Shown piece after piece: positions 36,738 through 45,859 of a DNA stretch of 64,000 bases. The position numbers were made by a program, and so were the translations under genes. The notes under the pieces are model-generated. The model saw only the letters and a list, made by a program, of their open reading frames with translations, searched no databases and was not told where the DNA came from. Source of the stretch: Christensenellales bacterium (GTDB lineage: Bacteria > Bacillota > Clostridia > Christensenellales > MGBC116941); assembly GCA_050945795.1 (NCBI GenBank), contig JBMNTP010000001.1:230879-294878 (forward strand), in the 5' to 3' direction. Position 1 is the first letter of the stretch. Every line of letters starts with the position of its first letter.

Positions 36738-37919
36738 CTACAGGTATGTTTCACGCATAATCTCCGACAGTATGCCCATACCCTTTTTTATATCCTCAAT
36801 GCCGCTCGCTGAAAAGTTAAGCCGCAATGTGTTTAAATGCCCTCCGCCGTCATAAAAATGCGTGCCGGGTATAAAAGCCACGTTTTTCTCTATCGACTTT
36901 TTAAGCAGCTCCAGCGTATCCACGCCTTCTGGCAGCTCCGCCCATATAAACAGTCCGCCCTGCGGCACATTATACTTACACGACGCCGGAAACCCGCTTT
37001 TCATCATATCAAGCATTGCACGCATCCTCGTAGCGTAATCCTCGCATATACGGCTTATATGCTGCGGCAGCGCGCCGCTCTTTACATATTCATCAACTAT
37101 CGCCTGGCTTAAAACCGAGGTATGCGTGTCCGCCGACTGCTTGGCCACAACAAACCTTTTCATAATCTCATCAGACGCCACCGCCGCGCCGACGCGCAGA
37201 CCCGGCGAAATAATCTTTGAAAAGCTCATCAGCGTTACTACCATGCCCGCCTCATCAAAGGATTTTATGGCCGGCAACCGCTCCCCTTCGTATCTAAGGT
37301 CGCAGTACGGATCATCCTCTATAACGACAAAACCGTAACGCGCCGCAAGCTCTGCCACCTTTTTCCTGCGCTCAAGCGTCAGCGTCATGCCGCCGGGGTT
37401 TTGAAAGGTGGGTATTGTATAAAGCATTTTAGGCTTCAGCCTTTTTACCTTTTCCTCAAGTTCCTCTACAACAAGGCCGCCGGCATCGCAGCTCACCGGC
37501 ACAATTTCCGCCTGCATCAGCTTAAACGATTGCAGCGCACCAAGAAACGTAGGCGCTTCCACGAGCACCTTATCGCCGGGATCGAGCATTATCTTTGCCA
37601 TAATATCTATGCCTTGCGATGAGCCGGTTGTTATAGCAACGCCGCTTGCCGCCGTTTCTATGCCCCGCTCTTTAAGCATTGAAGCCACCGTCTCTCTTAG
37701 CGGCGAATACCCCTCGCTTATGCCGTATTGCAGCATTTCAATCGGCTTGCTCTTTATAAGCCTATTGGCAATATCCGCTATTTCATCTCCGGGAAAGCTT
37801 TCCTTAGCCGGCGCTCCGCCCGCAAAAGAAATAATGCCCGGATTGGCAAGCAGCTTAAATATCTCTCTTATGGCGCTGCCGGTAACGCCTTCAGTCCTGC
37901 CGGCAAACCTTATGCCCAT
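36738..37919 (-). CDS. PLP-dependent aminotransferase (class I/II, LysN/aromatic-aminotransferase-like)
   Basis: PLP-lysine motif SFSKIISPGLRVG and an N-terminal SAIREIFKL block. Confidence 0.8.
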   Translation of the reverse strand: MGIRFAGRTEGVTGSAIREIFKLLANPGIISFAGGAPAKESFPGDEIADIANRLIKSKPIEMLQYGISEGYSPLRETVASMLKERGIETAASGVAITTGSSQGIDIMAKIMLDPGDKVLVEAPTFLGALQSFKLMQAEIVPVSCDAGGLVVEELEEKVKRLKPKMLYTIPTFQNPGGMTLTLERRKKVAELAARYGFVVIEDDPYCDLRYEGERLPAIKSFDEAGMVVTLMSFSKIISPGLRVGAAVASDEIMKRFVVAKQSADTHTSVLSQAIVDEYVKSGALPQHISRICEDYATRMRAMLDMMKSGFPASCKYNVPQGGLFIWAELPEGVDTLELLKKSIEKNVAFIPGTHFYDGGGHLNTLRLNFSASGIEDIKKGMGILSEIMRETYL

Positions 37920-37950
37920 ATTGTATCTCCTTTAGTGCATTCATTAAATA

Positions 37951-37980
37951 ATTGTACCTTCTATAAACTTGCTTAGTCAA
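37951..37980 (-). promoter_or_regulatory. Sigma-A-type promoter for the aminotransferase-tyrS-yigZ operon
   Basis: On the minus strand, TTGACT (37980-37975), an 18-nt spacer, then TACAAT (37956-37951). This leaves only about 25-30 nt of 5' UTR. Confidence 0.6.
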
Positions 37981-38016
37981 GCCTTGCTAAGAGCCAGGCA
38001 GGCTTTAGTATATAAA

Positions 38017-38042
38017 AGCCCGCGGATATCGTTCCGCAGGCT
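38017..38042 (-). terminator. Intrinsic terminator after the LPG-synthase-TM family gene
   Basis: AGCCTGCGG-aacgatat-CCGCGGGCT on the minus strand (one mismatch), followed by TTTATAT. Confidence 0.5.
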
Positions 38043-38064
38043 ATGCTGTCGTTTTATATACCGG

Positions 38065-39447
38065 TTATTCCGGCAGCTCTATATCGTCATATTCATATTG
38101 CGGCTCGCTCTCTCTTTTTTGTTCGTCTGCCTCGCCGTCTTCGCCACTCTCCTGCTGATGTCCGTCATCATTAGCAGCACCGGTTTTAGCACCATCTCTA
38201 TTCTCGCCGCCATCTGCTTCATCCTCAGCCGAATTCTCGCCGCTTTCCGATTCCGCATCAGGCAAAAGCCCCGCGTCACTATCGTCATTATCGCCATCCG
38301 CTTGCGCGGCATCGACGCCGTCCTCCTGCGTCTCATCATAATCATCAGCTTGCCGCGTGTCATCAGATACCGAGTCCGGCACAGCTTCTGATACAGGCTC
38401 GGCCGCTTCTGCTTTGGCTTTGCTTTTTTTCTGCTTTACCAGCTCAGCAACGCTATCGAAGAACACAACTGCCGCACCGACTATTATATTTAGGTAATAC
38501 GTCATAAACCGCCACAGCATCATGGATACAAACAGCACTGGCCTTGGGAAAAACGGCCGGAAGAACAGATAAAACCCCGTTTCGTTTGCTCCGCTCGCCC
38601 CCGGCGTCGGGAAAAACGATACCGTAACGAACAATATAACCTGCATAGTAACTATTTCATCGAATGTATGCTGCGTCAATCCAAATGCCCTGTAAACACA
38701 GTATGAAACACCAAAATAAAATATCTGGTGTATAACCGTCATAAGGACTATGTTAAACATTTGCAGCTTGTTTTGCTTAACGAAAACGGCACTTTTTCTA
38801 AAATCGTTAACTATATGCGAAAGCTTTTCACCGGCTTTTTCATAGTTTTTGATTATCTTTATACGGTAAAGGAATTTTGTTGTGCCTGTTGCCGCCTTAG
38901 ACACCCACTTCGAGTTTACCATTATCGCCGCCGCTAGCAGCAGCACCGCGAGGTTTATGGCAAACCCCAGCACGCTAAGCCAGAATACATTTTTAAGGCT
39001 GTTATAAAACAAACCGCCATGCAATATAAGACCGGCTATATAAAGCAGCACGACACCGTATTGATATCCGATGAATTTAACGGTGAGTATAGAGCTTGAA
39101 TAGCCGATCGGTATGCCCTCGCGCTTCATATAAACGGCCTGAAAAGGCTCACCGCTGCCAAACGGCGTAAGCGCGCTATAATATTGCCCTATTATGCTTA
39201 GCCGCAGCGAATTGCCGTATCTAAGCTTTTTATGCATACAGCCGGTTATATAATGGAATATCTGGCCGTCAAGCAGCCAGTAGACTATCATAAACCCAAC
39301 CGCCACCACCGCCCATATCGGCTGTATACTTGCGAGCGCCTCTCCAACACCCATAATATTAGGGTCGAGCAACGCTATAACCACCACTACCGCGACAGTA
39401 AAGAATATAAACAGGTAATTAACAACCTTGTTTCCGCTTAACTTCAT
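38065..39447 (-). CDS. Lysylphosphatidylglycerol-synthase-TM-region (UPF0104, flippase-like) family membrane protein with about 120-aa acidic tail
   Basis: Polytopic N-terminal 330 aa with a LSIIGQYYSALTPFGSGEPFQ block typical of PF03706. The C-terminus is Asp/Glu-rich low complexity. Confidence 0.7.
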   Translation of the reverse strand: MKLSGNKVVNYLFIFFTVAVVVVIALLDPNIMGVGEALASIQPIWAVVAVGFMIVYWLLDGQIFHYITGCMHKKLRYGNSLRLSIIGQYYSALTPFGSGEPFQAVYMKREGIPIGYSSSILTVKFIGYQYGVVLLYIAGLILHGGLFYNSLKNVFWLSVLGFAINLAVLLLAAAIMVNSKWVSKAATGTTKFLYRIKIIKNYEKAGEKLSHIVNDFRKSAVFVKQNKLQMFNIVLMTVIHQIFYFGVSYCVYRAFGLTQHTFDEIVTMQVILFVTVSFFPTPGASGANETGFYLFFRPFFPRPVLFVSMMLWRFMTYYLNIIVGAAVVFFDSVAELVKQKKSKAKAEAAEPVSEAVPDSVSDDTRQADDYDETQEDGVDAAQADGDNDDSDAGLLPDAESESGENSAEDEADGGENRDGAKTGAANDDGHQQESGEDGEADEQKRESEPQYEYDDIELPE

Positions 39448-39558
39448 ACCTTCTCTCCGGCGCGCCCATCGTCATTGCTAAAAAGCTATTAAGCATAAGC
39501 ATTACCGCACACCAATGTCGATGCCACTCTACGCGCGCCTTAGCCGGCCTCGCCTTAA

Positions 39559-40086
39559 CTACGCCCGCCACTTACCGTAATGTATTCTCTCCGGCTTAAA
39601 TCTATCCGGCTGCCTGCGCTGCTGCGCCGGCCAACCCAGCGATATCATCGATACCGGCACTATAGAGCCGTCGCTTGGCAACTCAACTACACTTGAAACG
39701 CCGCTCATCTGGCTTTCGCTAGGATAAACGCCGAGCCATACGCCGCCAAGTCCCGCATCATGCGCCGCTAGCAGTATGTTTTGCGTAGCCGCCGCGCAGT
39801 CTTGTGAAAACCGAACGGGATTGTTGCCCTCAACTAGCGCCATCTCGGCGCATACTATTACGCACAGCTGCGCCTCAAGAAGCATTGTGTAGTATTTGCC
39901 ATGCTCAGACAGCTTGTCGAGCGTTTCGCGCTCGGTTACAGCTATAAAATGCCACGGCTGGCTGTTGTGCGCCGAAGGGGCGTACATACCGGCTTTGATT
40001 ATCTTCTCGCATAACTCCGAAGAAACAGGCTCATCGGTATACTTCCTTATGCTTCTTCTTGTCAATATCGCTTCATATGCTTCCAT
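39559..40086 (-). CDS. Nitroreductase family protein
   Basis: AILTRRSIRKY and PSAHNSQPW motifs. ATG 40086 lies 8 nt after GGAGG. Overlaps the SDR stop by 14 nt. Confidence 0.85.
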   Translation of the reverse strand: MEAYEAILTRRSIRKYTDEPVSSELCEKIIKAGMYAPSAHNSQPWHFIAVTERETLDKLSEHGKYYTMLLEAQLCVIVCAEMALVEGNNPVRFSQDCAAATQNILLAAHDAGLGGVWLGVYPSESQMSGVSSVVELPSDGSIVPVSMISLGWPAQQRRQPDRFKPERIHYGKWRA

Positions 40087-40975
40087 TATCATTACCTCCC
40101 GCAACATCTTTATTAAATGTCCAAATGGCATCCTTCGGCAGCTTGCCGGAGTACATGCCTTTTACAACAGCGTTTTGCAGCCTTAGTGGCAGCAGCTTGT
40201 TCAGCAAGCACAAGAATTTATACTGCAAGCCCACCGCCGATTTTGGGGGCGGGTTGCCGCGCTTAAGGCAGCTCATAACCGCGTTCGCCACCGATTCGGG
40301 CGGCATACCGTTAATCTCGTCTTTAACCATAGTATAGAGCGCTCTTTCAAAAGCGTTTCTGTAAGCCTCATTTTCCTTGGCTCCCCGCGTATATGTCCTA
40401 GAGGCTGTAAACCCCGTTTTAGTATCACCCGGCTCAATTATGACGGCCTTTATGCCAAAAGGCGCCGTCTCCATTCTAAGCGCCGAGGTAAGCGAGCTAA
40501 GCGCCGCCTTCGATGCACTGTACATCGATTGAAATGGTATGCTTATGCTGCCGGCAACCGACCCTATATTTATTATTATGCCGTTTCGCCGCTGCCTCAT
40601 AGACGGCATAACGGCGCGTATAACCCTTAGCGCGCCAAATAGATTAACGTCGAACTGCTCTATCGCTTCATCAGCGGAAGTATCTTCAACCGAACCTGCA
40701 ATGCCTATGCCGGCGCAGTTTATCAAAACGCCTATGCTTCCCTCCGCCTCAAGCACTTTTTCTACCGCCGCCTCAATCGAACGCTCATCACGCACATCCA
40801 TAGCTATCATCTTTAGAAAGCCGAGCATCTCCCCCGACTGCACCGGCTCTTTCGCCGGCTTTCTCGATGTTCCGTATACATGATAGCCGGCGTTGCTAAG
40901 CGCCTCGGCTATCTCCCTCCCTATTCCGGAGGAAGCGCCTGTAACAAGCGCTGATTTGCCGTATAAATACCTCAT
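40073..40975 (-). CDS. Short-chain dehydrogenase/reductase (SDR)
   Basis: TGASSGIG cofactor motif and YSASK catalytic motif. Confidence 0.9.
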   Translation of the reverse strand: MRYLYGKSALVTGASSGIGREIAEALSNAGYHVYGTSRKPAKEPVQSGEMLGFLKMIAMDVRDERSIEAAVEKVLEAEGSIGVLINCAGIGIAGSVEDTSADEAIEQFDVNLFGALRVIRAVMPSMRQRRNGIIINIGSVAGSISIPFQSMYSASKAALSSLTSALRMETAPFGIKAVIIEPGDTKTGFTASRTYTRGAKENEAYRNAFERALYTMVKDEINGMPPESVANAVMSCLKRGNPPPKSAVGLQYKFLCLLNKLLPLRLQNAVVKGMYSGKLPKDAIWTFNKDVAGGNDNGSI

Positions 40976-40994
40976 AACTTCCTCCGCTTAAAGA

Positions 40995-41678
40995 TTATTC
41001 ATGCCCGGCATTAAATGACGCCGGCCAGGTAAATATGTTCCAAGGGTATTCATCGGGCGGCGGCTCGGCAAATCTCATGCTTTTTTTAAGCGTAGGATGC
41101 TCTATTTCAAGCATATAGCTCCACAGCGCTATATTGCCCTTTTCTCTGCCGCCGTATTTCATATCGCCATATATCTCCATACCGGCGTCTGCCAATTGCG
41201 CTCTTATCTGATGCGGTCGGCCGGTAAAAAGATTAACATCCAAAAGGCTAAGACCATTAACGCTTTCAAGCTTGGTATACTCAAGCTCCGCCCGCTTTGC
41301 TCCCGGGCGTTCAGAAGCAAATACAGAAACCTTATTCGCCTTGCCGTCTTTAAGTATCCAGCCTACAAGCCTGCCGCCTTCTTTACCGCCATGCACTACC
41401 GCGGCGTATCTTTTAACCGGCTTTTGTAACGCGAACTGCTCCGACAGCCTCTTTGCCGCCTTTGAGGTGCGCGCAAAAACCATAACCCCGCCGACAGGAC
41501 GGTCGAGCCTATGCACCAGACCGAGATAAACCTCGCCCGGCTTTTTGTACTTTTCCTTAATATATGCCTTTAAATGCCGGAGCATATCCTCATCGCCGGA
41601 CGAATCGGCCTGCACCGGCATAGAGCGCGGCTTTATAGCGGCTATAATATGATTATCCTCATATAAAACGCGTATCAT
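40995..41678 (-). CDS. RluA family pseudouridine synthase (no S4 domain)
   Basis: HRLDRPVGGVMVFA catalytic motif. ATG 41678 forms an ATGA overlap with the stop of the upstream methyltransferase. Confidence 0.85.
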   Translation of the reverse strand: MIRVLYEDNHIIAAIKPRSMPVQADSSGDEDMLRHLKAYIKEKYKKPGEVYLGLVHRLDRPVGGVMVFARTSKAAKRLSEQFALQKPVKRYAAVVHGGKEGGRLVGWILKDGKANKVSVFASERPGAKRAELEYTKLESVNGLSLLDVNLFTGRPHQIRAQLADAGMEIYGDMKYGGREKGNIALWSYMLEIEHPTLKKSMRFAEPPPDEYPWNIFTWPASFNAGHE

Positions 41679-42523
41679 AACGCGCTCCATCTCGCGGCCG
41701 CCCCGCACGGCAGTATAACGCCGCTCGCCGCCTTAATGCCTATCTCACTCGCGCTAGCCGAGCCGCCTTTTATAACTATAGACATTATATTGGACAGCAC
41801 CGAAGGCGCTAGGCCTGTTGTATAACTGTTTATAAGAAAGAACAGCGCGTTGTCGCTAAGTAAATCGGAACAGCTTTTAACAAGCTCAAAAAGGCTGTCC
41901 TCTATCTTCCAAAGCTGCCCTCCCGGCCCTTTTCCATAAGAAGGCGGATCCATTATAATGCCATGGTATCGCCTGCCCCGCCGCTTTTCCCGCTCTACAA
42001 ATTTAAAAGCGTCGTCTACTATATAGCGGATCGGCGCCGCAGCAAGTCCGGAAAGCTCTGCGTTTTCTCGTGCCAGTCCAACCGAGGCTTTCGCCGCGTC
42101 TACATGCACCACTGCCGCCCCCGCCGCCGCGCAGGCAACCGTAGCGCCGCCGGTATAAGCGAAAAGATTTAGCACCTCTATTCCATTTCGCCCTTTTATA
42201 ATGGATGACATCCAGTCCCAGTTGACCGCCTGCTCGGGAAAAAGGCCGGTCTGTTTAAATCGAGATGCGTTGACGTAAAAACGCAGGTTTTTATATTCTA
42301 TCTCCCATTTTTCAGGAAGATTGGTTTTGTATTGCCATGCCCCTTTACCGCTAATCGAATGCGTATAAACGGCATTAGCTTTATCCCACTTCGCCTTTGG
42401 GCTTTTGGGCCAAATCGCCTGCGGCTCGGGGCGGCTAAGCAAATACCCTCCCCAGTCCTCAAGCTTTTCCCCGCCTCCGGCGTCTATGAGTTTATAATCC
42501 TTCCAGCCATCCGCCGTAAGCAT
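41675..42523 (-). CDS. Class I SAM-dependent (RlmI/RlmK-like) RNA methyltransferase
   Basis: SAM-binding LNLFAYTGGATVA and IIMDPPSYG motifs. ATG 42523 lies 4 nt after GGAGG. Confidence 0.75.
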   Translation of the reverse strand: MLTADGWKDYKLIDAGGGEKLEDWGGYLLSRPEPQAIWPKSPKAKWDKANAVYTHSISGKGAWQYKTNLPEKWEIEYKNLRFYVNASRFKQTGLFPEQAVNWDWMSSIIKGRNGIEVLNLFAYTGGATVACAAAGAAVVHVDAAKASVGLARENAELSGLAAAPIRYIVDDAFKFVEREKRRGRRYHGIIMDPPSYGKGPGGQLWKIEDSLFELVKSCSDLLSDNALFFLINSYTTGLAPSVLSNIMSIVIKGGSASASEIGIKAASGVILPCGAAARWSAL

Positions 42524-42577
42524 AATGCCTCCGATACCATTCTTTAAATTATTGGGGCGGCTGCACGCCGCCCTCAT

Positions 42578-45500
42578 TTAGTTCATCTTCTCAACGCCCA
42601 GCGTTATGCTGTGTCCGTTTATATCCCATTGCTTGGAGTATCCGCTACTTAGGCCGCGCTTTATAGCGTCTGCTAGTAGCGCTTTGCTCATAGTATCGGC
42701 GTGCCGCTCTATAACCCCCGTCAGCTCACCGCCGCCATCATGATAGAGCACGATATGATCGGTAACCTCAAAGCCGGCATCCTTGCGCATCGTTTGCACC
42801 TTTGAGGTAAGCTCGCGCACATAGCCTTCCTCTATAAGCTCCGGCGTCACCCTTGTATCAAGCACAACGGCAATCGAGCCTTCCTTCTCCATGGCGTACC
42901 CTTCCACCTTAACAGGCTCTATTATGGTATCCGCCTCTTCAAGCTCTACTTTGCTGCCATTAGCCTCGAACACCAGCGGCTGCCCCTTGGCAAAGCCTTC
43001 TACAACGGCGTTGCCATCGCAGGCGGCGAGATAAGTCCGTATGGCGGGCAGCAGCTTGCCGTATTTCGGCCCTACAGTTTTTAGCTGCGGCTTTATGCTA
43101 TACGTCATAAATCCGGAGGTGTCATCAACGGCATCAATAGTTTTGACGTTGAGTTCGTCCATAATTACGTCAAGATAAATTTCGTCCATTTTACCCGCGC
43201 CCTGCAAATACATCTTTTGAAGCGGCTGCCTGTTCTTTATAGCGGCTGTGTTTCTCGCCGCCCGCCCTAATGTAACTACAGTTAGCACGGTATCCATATT
43301 CTTTTCAAGCTCATTATCTATAAAGCTGTCATCTGCAACGGGATAGTCGCACAGATGCACACTCAAAGCCGCATCTTTATCAACAGTCCTTTTTATGTTC
43401 TGATATATCTGCTCCGCTATAAACGGCGTGAACGGCGCAATAAGCCTTGACAGCGTTTCAAGCACTGTATAAAGCGTCATAAAAGCGTCTGTCTTGTCCT
43501 TATCCATGCCTTTCGCCCAGAACCTCTCGCGGCTGCGACGGACATACCAGTTGGATATATCATCTACAAACCTTTGTATCTCACGCCCTGCCTCTATTAT
43601 GCGATAAGCGTCTATATCATCGCTTACCGCTTTTATAAGCGAGTTAAGCCGAGACAGCGCCCATCTGTCCATAACATTAAGGTCGTCTGAAAAACTGTGT
43701 TTTGTCGGGTCAAAGCTGTCTATATCTGCGTAAAGCACATAGAAGTAATATGTGTTCCACAGCGTACCCATAAACTTGCGCTGCGCCTCGCTGACAGCCT
43801 CAGCATGGAACCTCACCGGCAGCCACGGCGCGCTTCCGGTATAGAAGAACCACCGCACCGCGTCGGCGCCCTGCTCATCCAAAACGCTCCAAGGGTCAAC
43901 GACGTTTCCGAGGTGCTTGCTCATCTTTTTGCCTTCCTTGTCCTGCACATGCCCAAGCACAATGCAGTTATCAAAAGGCGACTTGCCAAATATGCAGGTA
44001 GATATAGCGAGCAGAGTATAGAACCAGCCTCTTGTCTGGTCGATAGCCTCGCTTATAAAATCAGCCGGGAACCTCTTTTCAAATATATCCGTATTTTCAA
44101 AAGGATAATGCCATTGTGCGAACGGCATGCTGCCCGAATCATACCAGCAATCTATAACCTCGCTTACGCGCTGCATATCCCCGCCGCATTCGTCGCATTT
44201 TATGCTTATCCTGTCTATATAAGGCTTGTGCAGCTCAAGATCTTCCGGTACATCGCCGCCCATCTCTTTAAGCTCGTTTACAGAGCCTATAACATGCACA
44301 TGCCCGCATTCGCATTCCCAAACCGGCAAAGGTGTGCCCCAATATCTCTCTCGGCTCAGCCCCCAGTCAATAACGTTTTCGAGGAAATGGCCCATGCGGC
44401 CTTCCTTTATATTACCGGGCAGCCAGTTTACAGAGCGGTTGTTTTTCATAAGCTGCTCTTTAACAGCCGTCATTTTTATAAACCAGGTGCTTCTCGCGTA
44501 ATAGAGAAGCGGCGTGTCGCAGCGCCAGCAATAAGGATAGCTGTGCTCATAAGGCGCTTTTTTATATAGATTGCCGTTTTCCTCAAGCGCATCAAGTATA
44601 GCCGGGTCGGCGTCTTTGCAAAAACTGCCGTCCCATGGCGTTCCGCCCTCAAAATTGCCCTGCTCATTTACCAACTGAACAAACGGTAGATCATAATTCT
44701 TGCCTATACGCGCGTCATCCTCGCCAAACGCCGGCGCTATATGCACAACGCCGGTGCCGTCGTTTAGAGTAACGTATTTATCATTGCATACAAACCATGC
44801 CTTTTTATCCGCGCTCTGGAAGTCGAACAGCGGCTGATATTCAAGCCCTTCAAGCTCTTTTCCTGTATATTCCGCCACAATCTCGGCGCAGCATCCGCAT
44901 ACCGTTTCAACCAGCGCCTTAGCCATTATTATCTCTTGCCCGTGATAGCGCACTCGCACATACTTTTCATTAGGATGAACGCACAGCGCAACGTTGCTCG
45001 GCAGCGTCCAAGGCGTGGTCGTCCAGGCCATTATGTATCCGCCATCTTTTAAAGCAAATTTTACATATGCCGATATGTCGGTTACATCCTGATACCCCTG
45101 CGCCACTTCATGCGAGGACAGCGCCGTCCCGCAGCGCGGGCAGTACGGCACTACTTTATGCCCCTTATACAGTAGCCCCTTTTTGCTTATCTCTTTTATA
45201 GACCACCATACAGACTCTATATAGTCGTTTTCATATGTGATGTAAGGGTTTTCCATGTCCGCCCAAAAGCCTACCCTTTCGGACATGCGCTCCCATTCCT
45301 CTTTATATTTCCAAACGCTCTTTTTGCATTCCTTTATAAAAGGCTCAACGCCATAAGCCTCTATTTGCGGCTTGCCGTCAAGGCCCAGCTGCTTTTCAAC
45401 CTCCAGCTCGACCGGCAGCCCGTGCGTATCCCAGCCCGCTTTTCTAAGCACGTCATAACCCTTCATGTGCTTGTAGCGGGGTATTATGTCTTTTACGCAG

Positions 45501-45685
45501 CGGGTGAGTATATGGCCGATATGCGGCTTGCCGTTCGCGGTTGGAGGCCCATCATAAAAGGTAAACGTGGGACACCCTTTCCTAAGCTCAACCGACTTTT
45601 TAAAAATATCGTTTTCTCTCCAAAACTCAAGTATTTCATTTTCTCTCGGCACAAAATCGAGGGAAGTTGTTACCTTTTTGTACAT
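42578..45685 (-). CDS. ileS: Isoleucine--tRNA ligase (type 2, long form)
   Basis: PPTANGKPHIGH (HIGH), KMSKHLGN (KMSKS) and CP1 editing domain. Length is 1035 aa. Confidence 0.95.
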   Translation of the reverse strand: MYKKVTTSLDFVPRENEILEFWRENDIFKKSVELRKGCPTFTFYDGPPTANGKPHIGHILTRCVKDIIPRYKHMKGYDVLRKAGWDTHGLPVELEVEKQLGLDGKPQIEAYGVEPFIKECKKSVWKYKEEWERMSERVGFWADMENPYITYENDYIESVWWSIKEISKKGLLYKGHKVVPYCPRCGTALSSHEVAQGYQDVTDISAYVKFALKDGGYIMAWTTTPWTLPSNVALCVHPNEKYVRVRYHGQEIIMAKALVETVCGCCAEIVAEYTGKELEGLEYQPLFDFQSADKKAWFVCNDKYVTLNDGTGVVHIAPAFGEDDARIGKNYDLPFVQLVNEQGNFEGGTPWDGSFCKDADPAILDALEENGNLYKKAPYEHSYPYCWRCDTPLLYYARSTWFIKMTAVKEQLMKNNRSVNWLPGNIKEGRMGHFLENVIDWGLSRERYWGTPLPVWECECGHVHVIGSVNELKEMGGDVPEDLELHKPYIDRISIKCDECGGDMQRVSEVIDCWYDSGSMPFAQWHYPFENTDIFEKRFPADFISEAIDQTRGWFYTLLAISTCIFGKSPFDNCIVLGHVQDKEGKKMSKHLGNVVDPWSVLDEQGADAVRWFFYTGSAPWLPVRFHAEAVSEAQRKFMGTLWNTYYFYVLYADIDSFDPTKHSFSDDLNVMDRWALSRLNSLIKAVSDDIDAYRIIEAGREIQRFVDDISNWYVRRSRERFWAKGMDKDKTDAFMTLYTVLETLSRLIAPFTPFIAEQIYQNIKRTVDKDAALSVHLCDYPVADDSFIDNELEKNMDTVLTVVTLGRAARNTAAIKNRQPLQKMYLQGAGKMDEIYLDVIMDELNVKTIDAVDDTSGFMTYSIKPQLKTVGPKYGKLLPAIRTYLAACDGNAVVEGFAKGQPLVFEANGSKVELEEADTIIEPVKVEGYAMEKEGSIAVVLDTRVTPELIEEGYVRELTSKVQTMRKDAGFEVTDHIVLYHDGGGELTGVIERHADTMSKALLADAIKRGLSSGYSKQWDINGHSITLGVEKMN

Positions 45686-45830
45686 ATATTCAGCCTCCTG
45701 AAGCTATGGCATCAAAGCCTTATTTAAAATTCTATATATCCGCCCCGCAAAGGAACGAAAAAAAACTCTCTTTTGCCTTATGCCATAGCCGCCTTATAAG
45801 CGCTTTTTAGCCTTCAGACATTACTTTTGT

Positions 45831-45859
45831 ATTATATTTCAAGCCCGCCCGTTTGTAAA
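45831..45859 (-). promoter_or_regulatory. Sigma-A-type promoter for ileS (-35 inside the rarA 3' end)
   Basis: On the minus strand, TTTACA (45859-45854), a 17-nt spacer, then TATAAT (45836-45831). Confidence 0.65.

Noticed and set aside
43697-44569. Long antisense ORFs inside well-supported genes (43697-44569 in ileS, 15743-16507 in nadD-yqeK, 29586-30185 in gpr, 28037-28459 in holA, 8594-8989 in eda, and others)
   Set aside because: These are shadow ORFs opposite strongly supported genes. They have no SD, odd composition, and no recognisable motifs.
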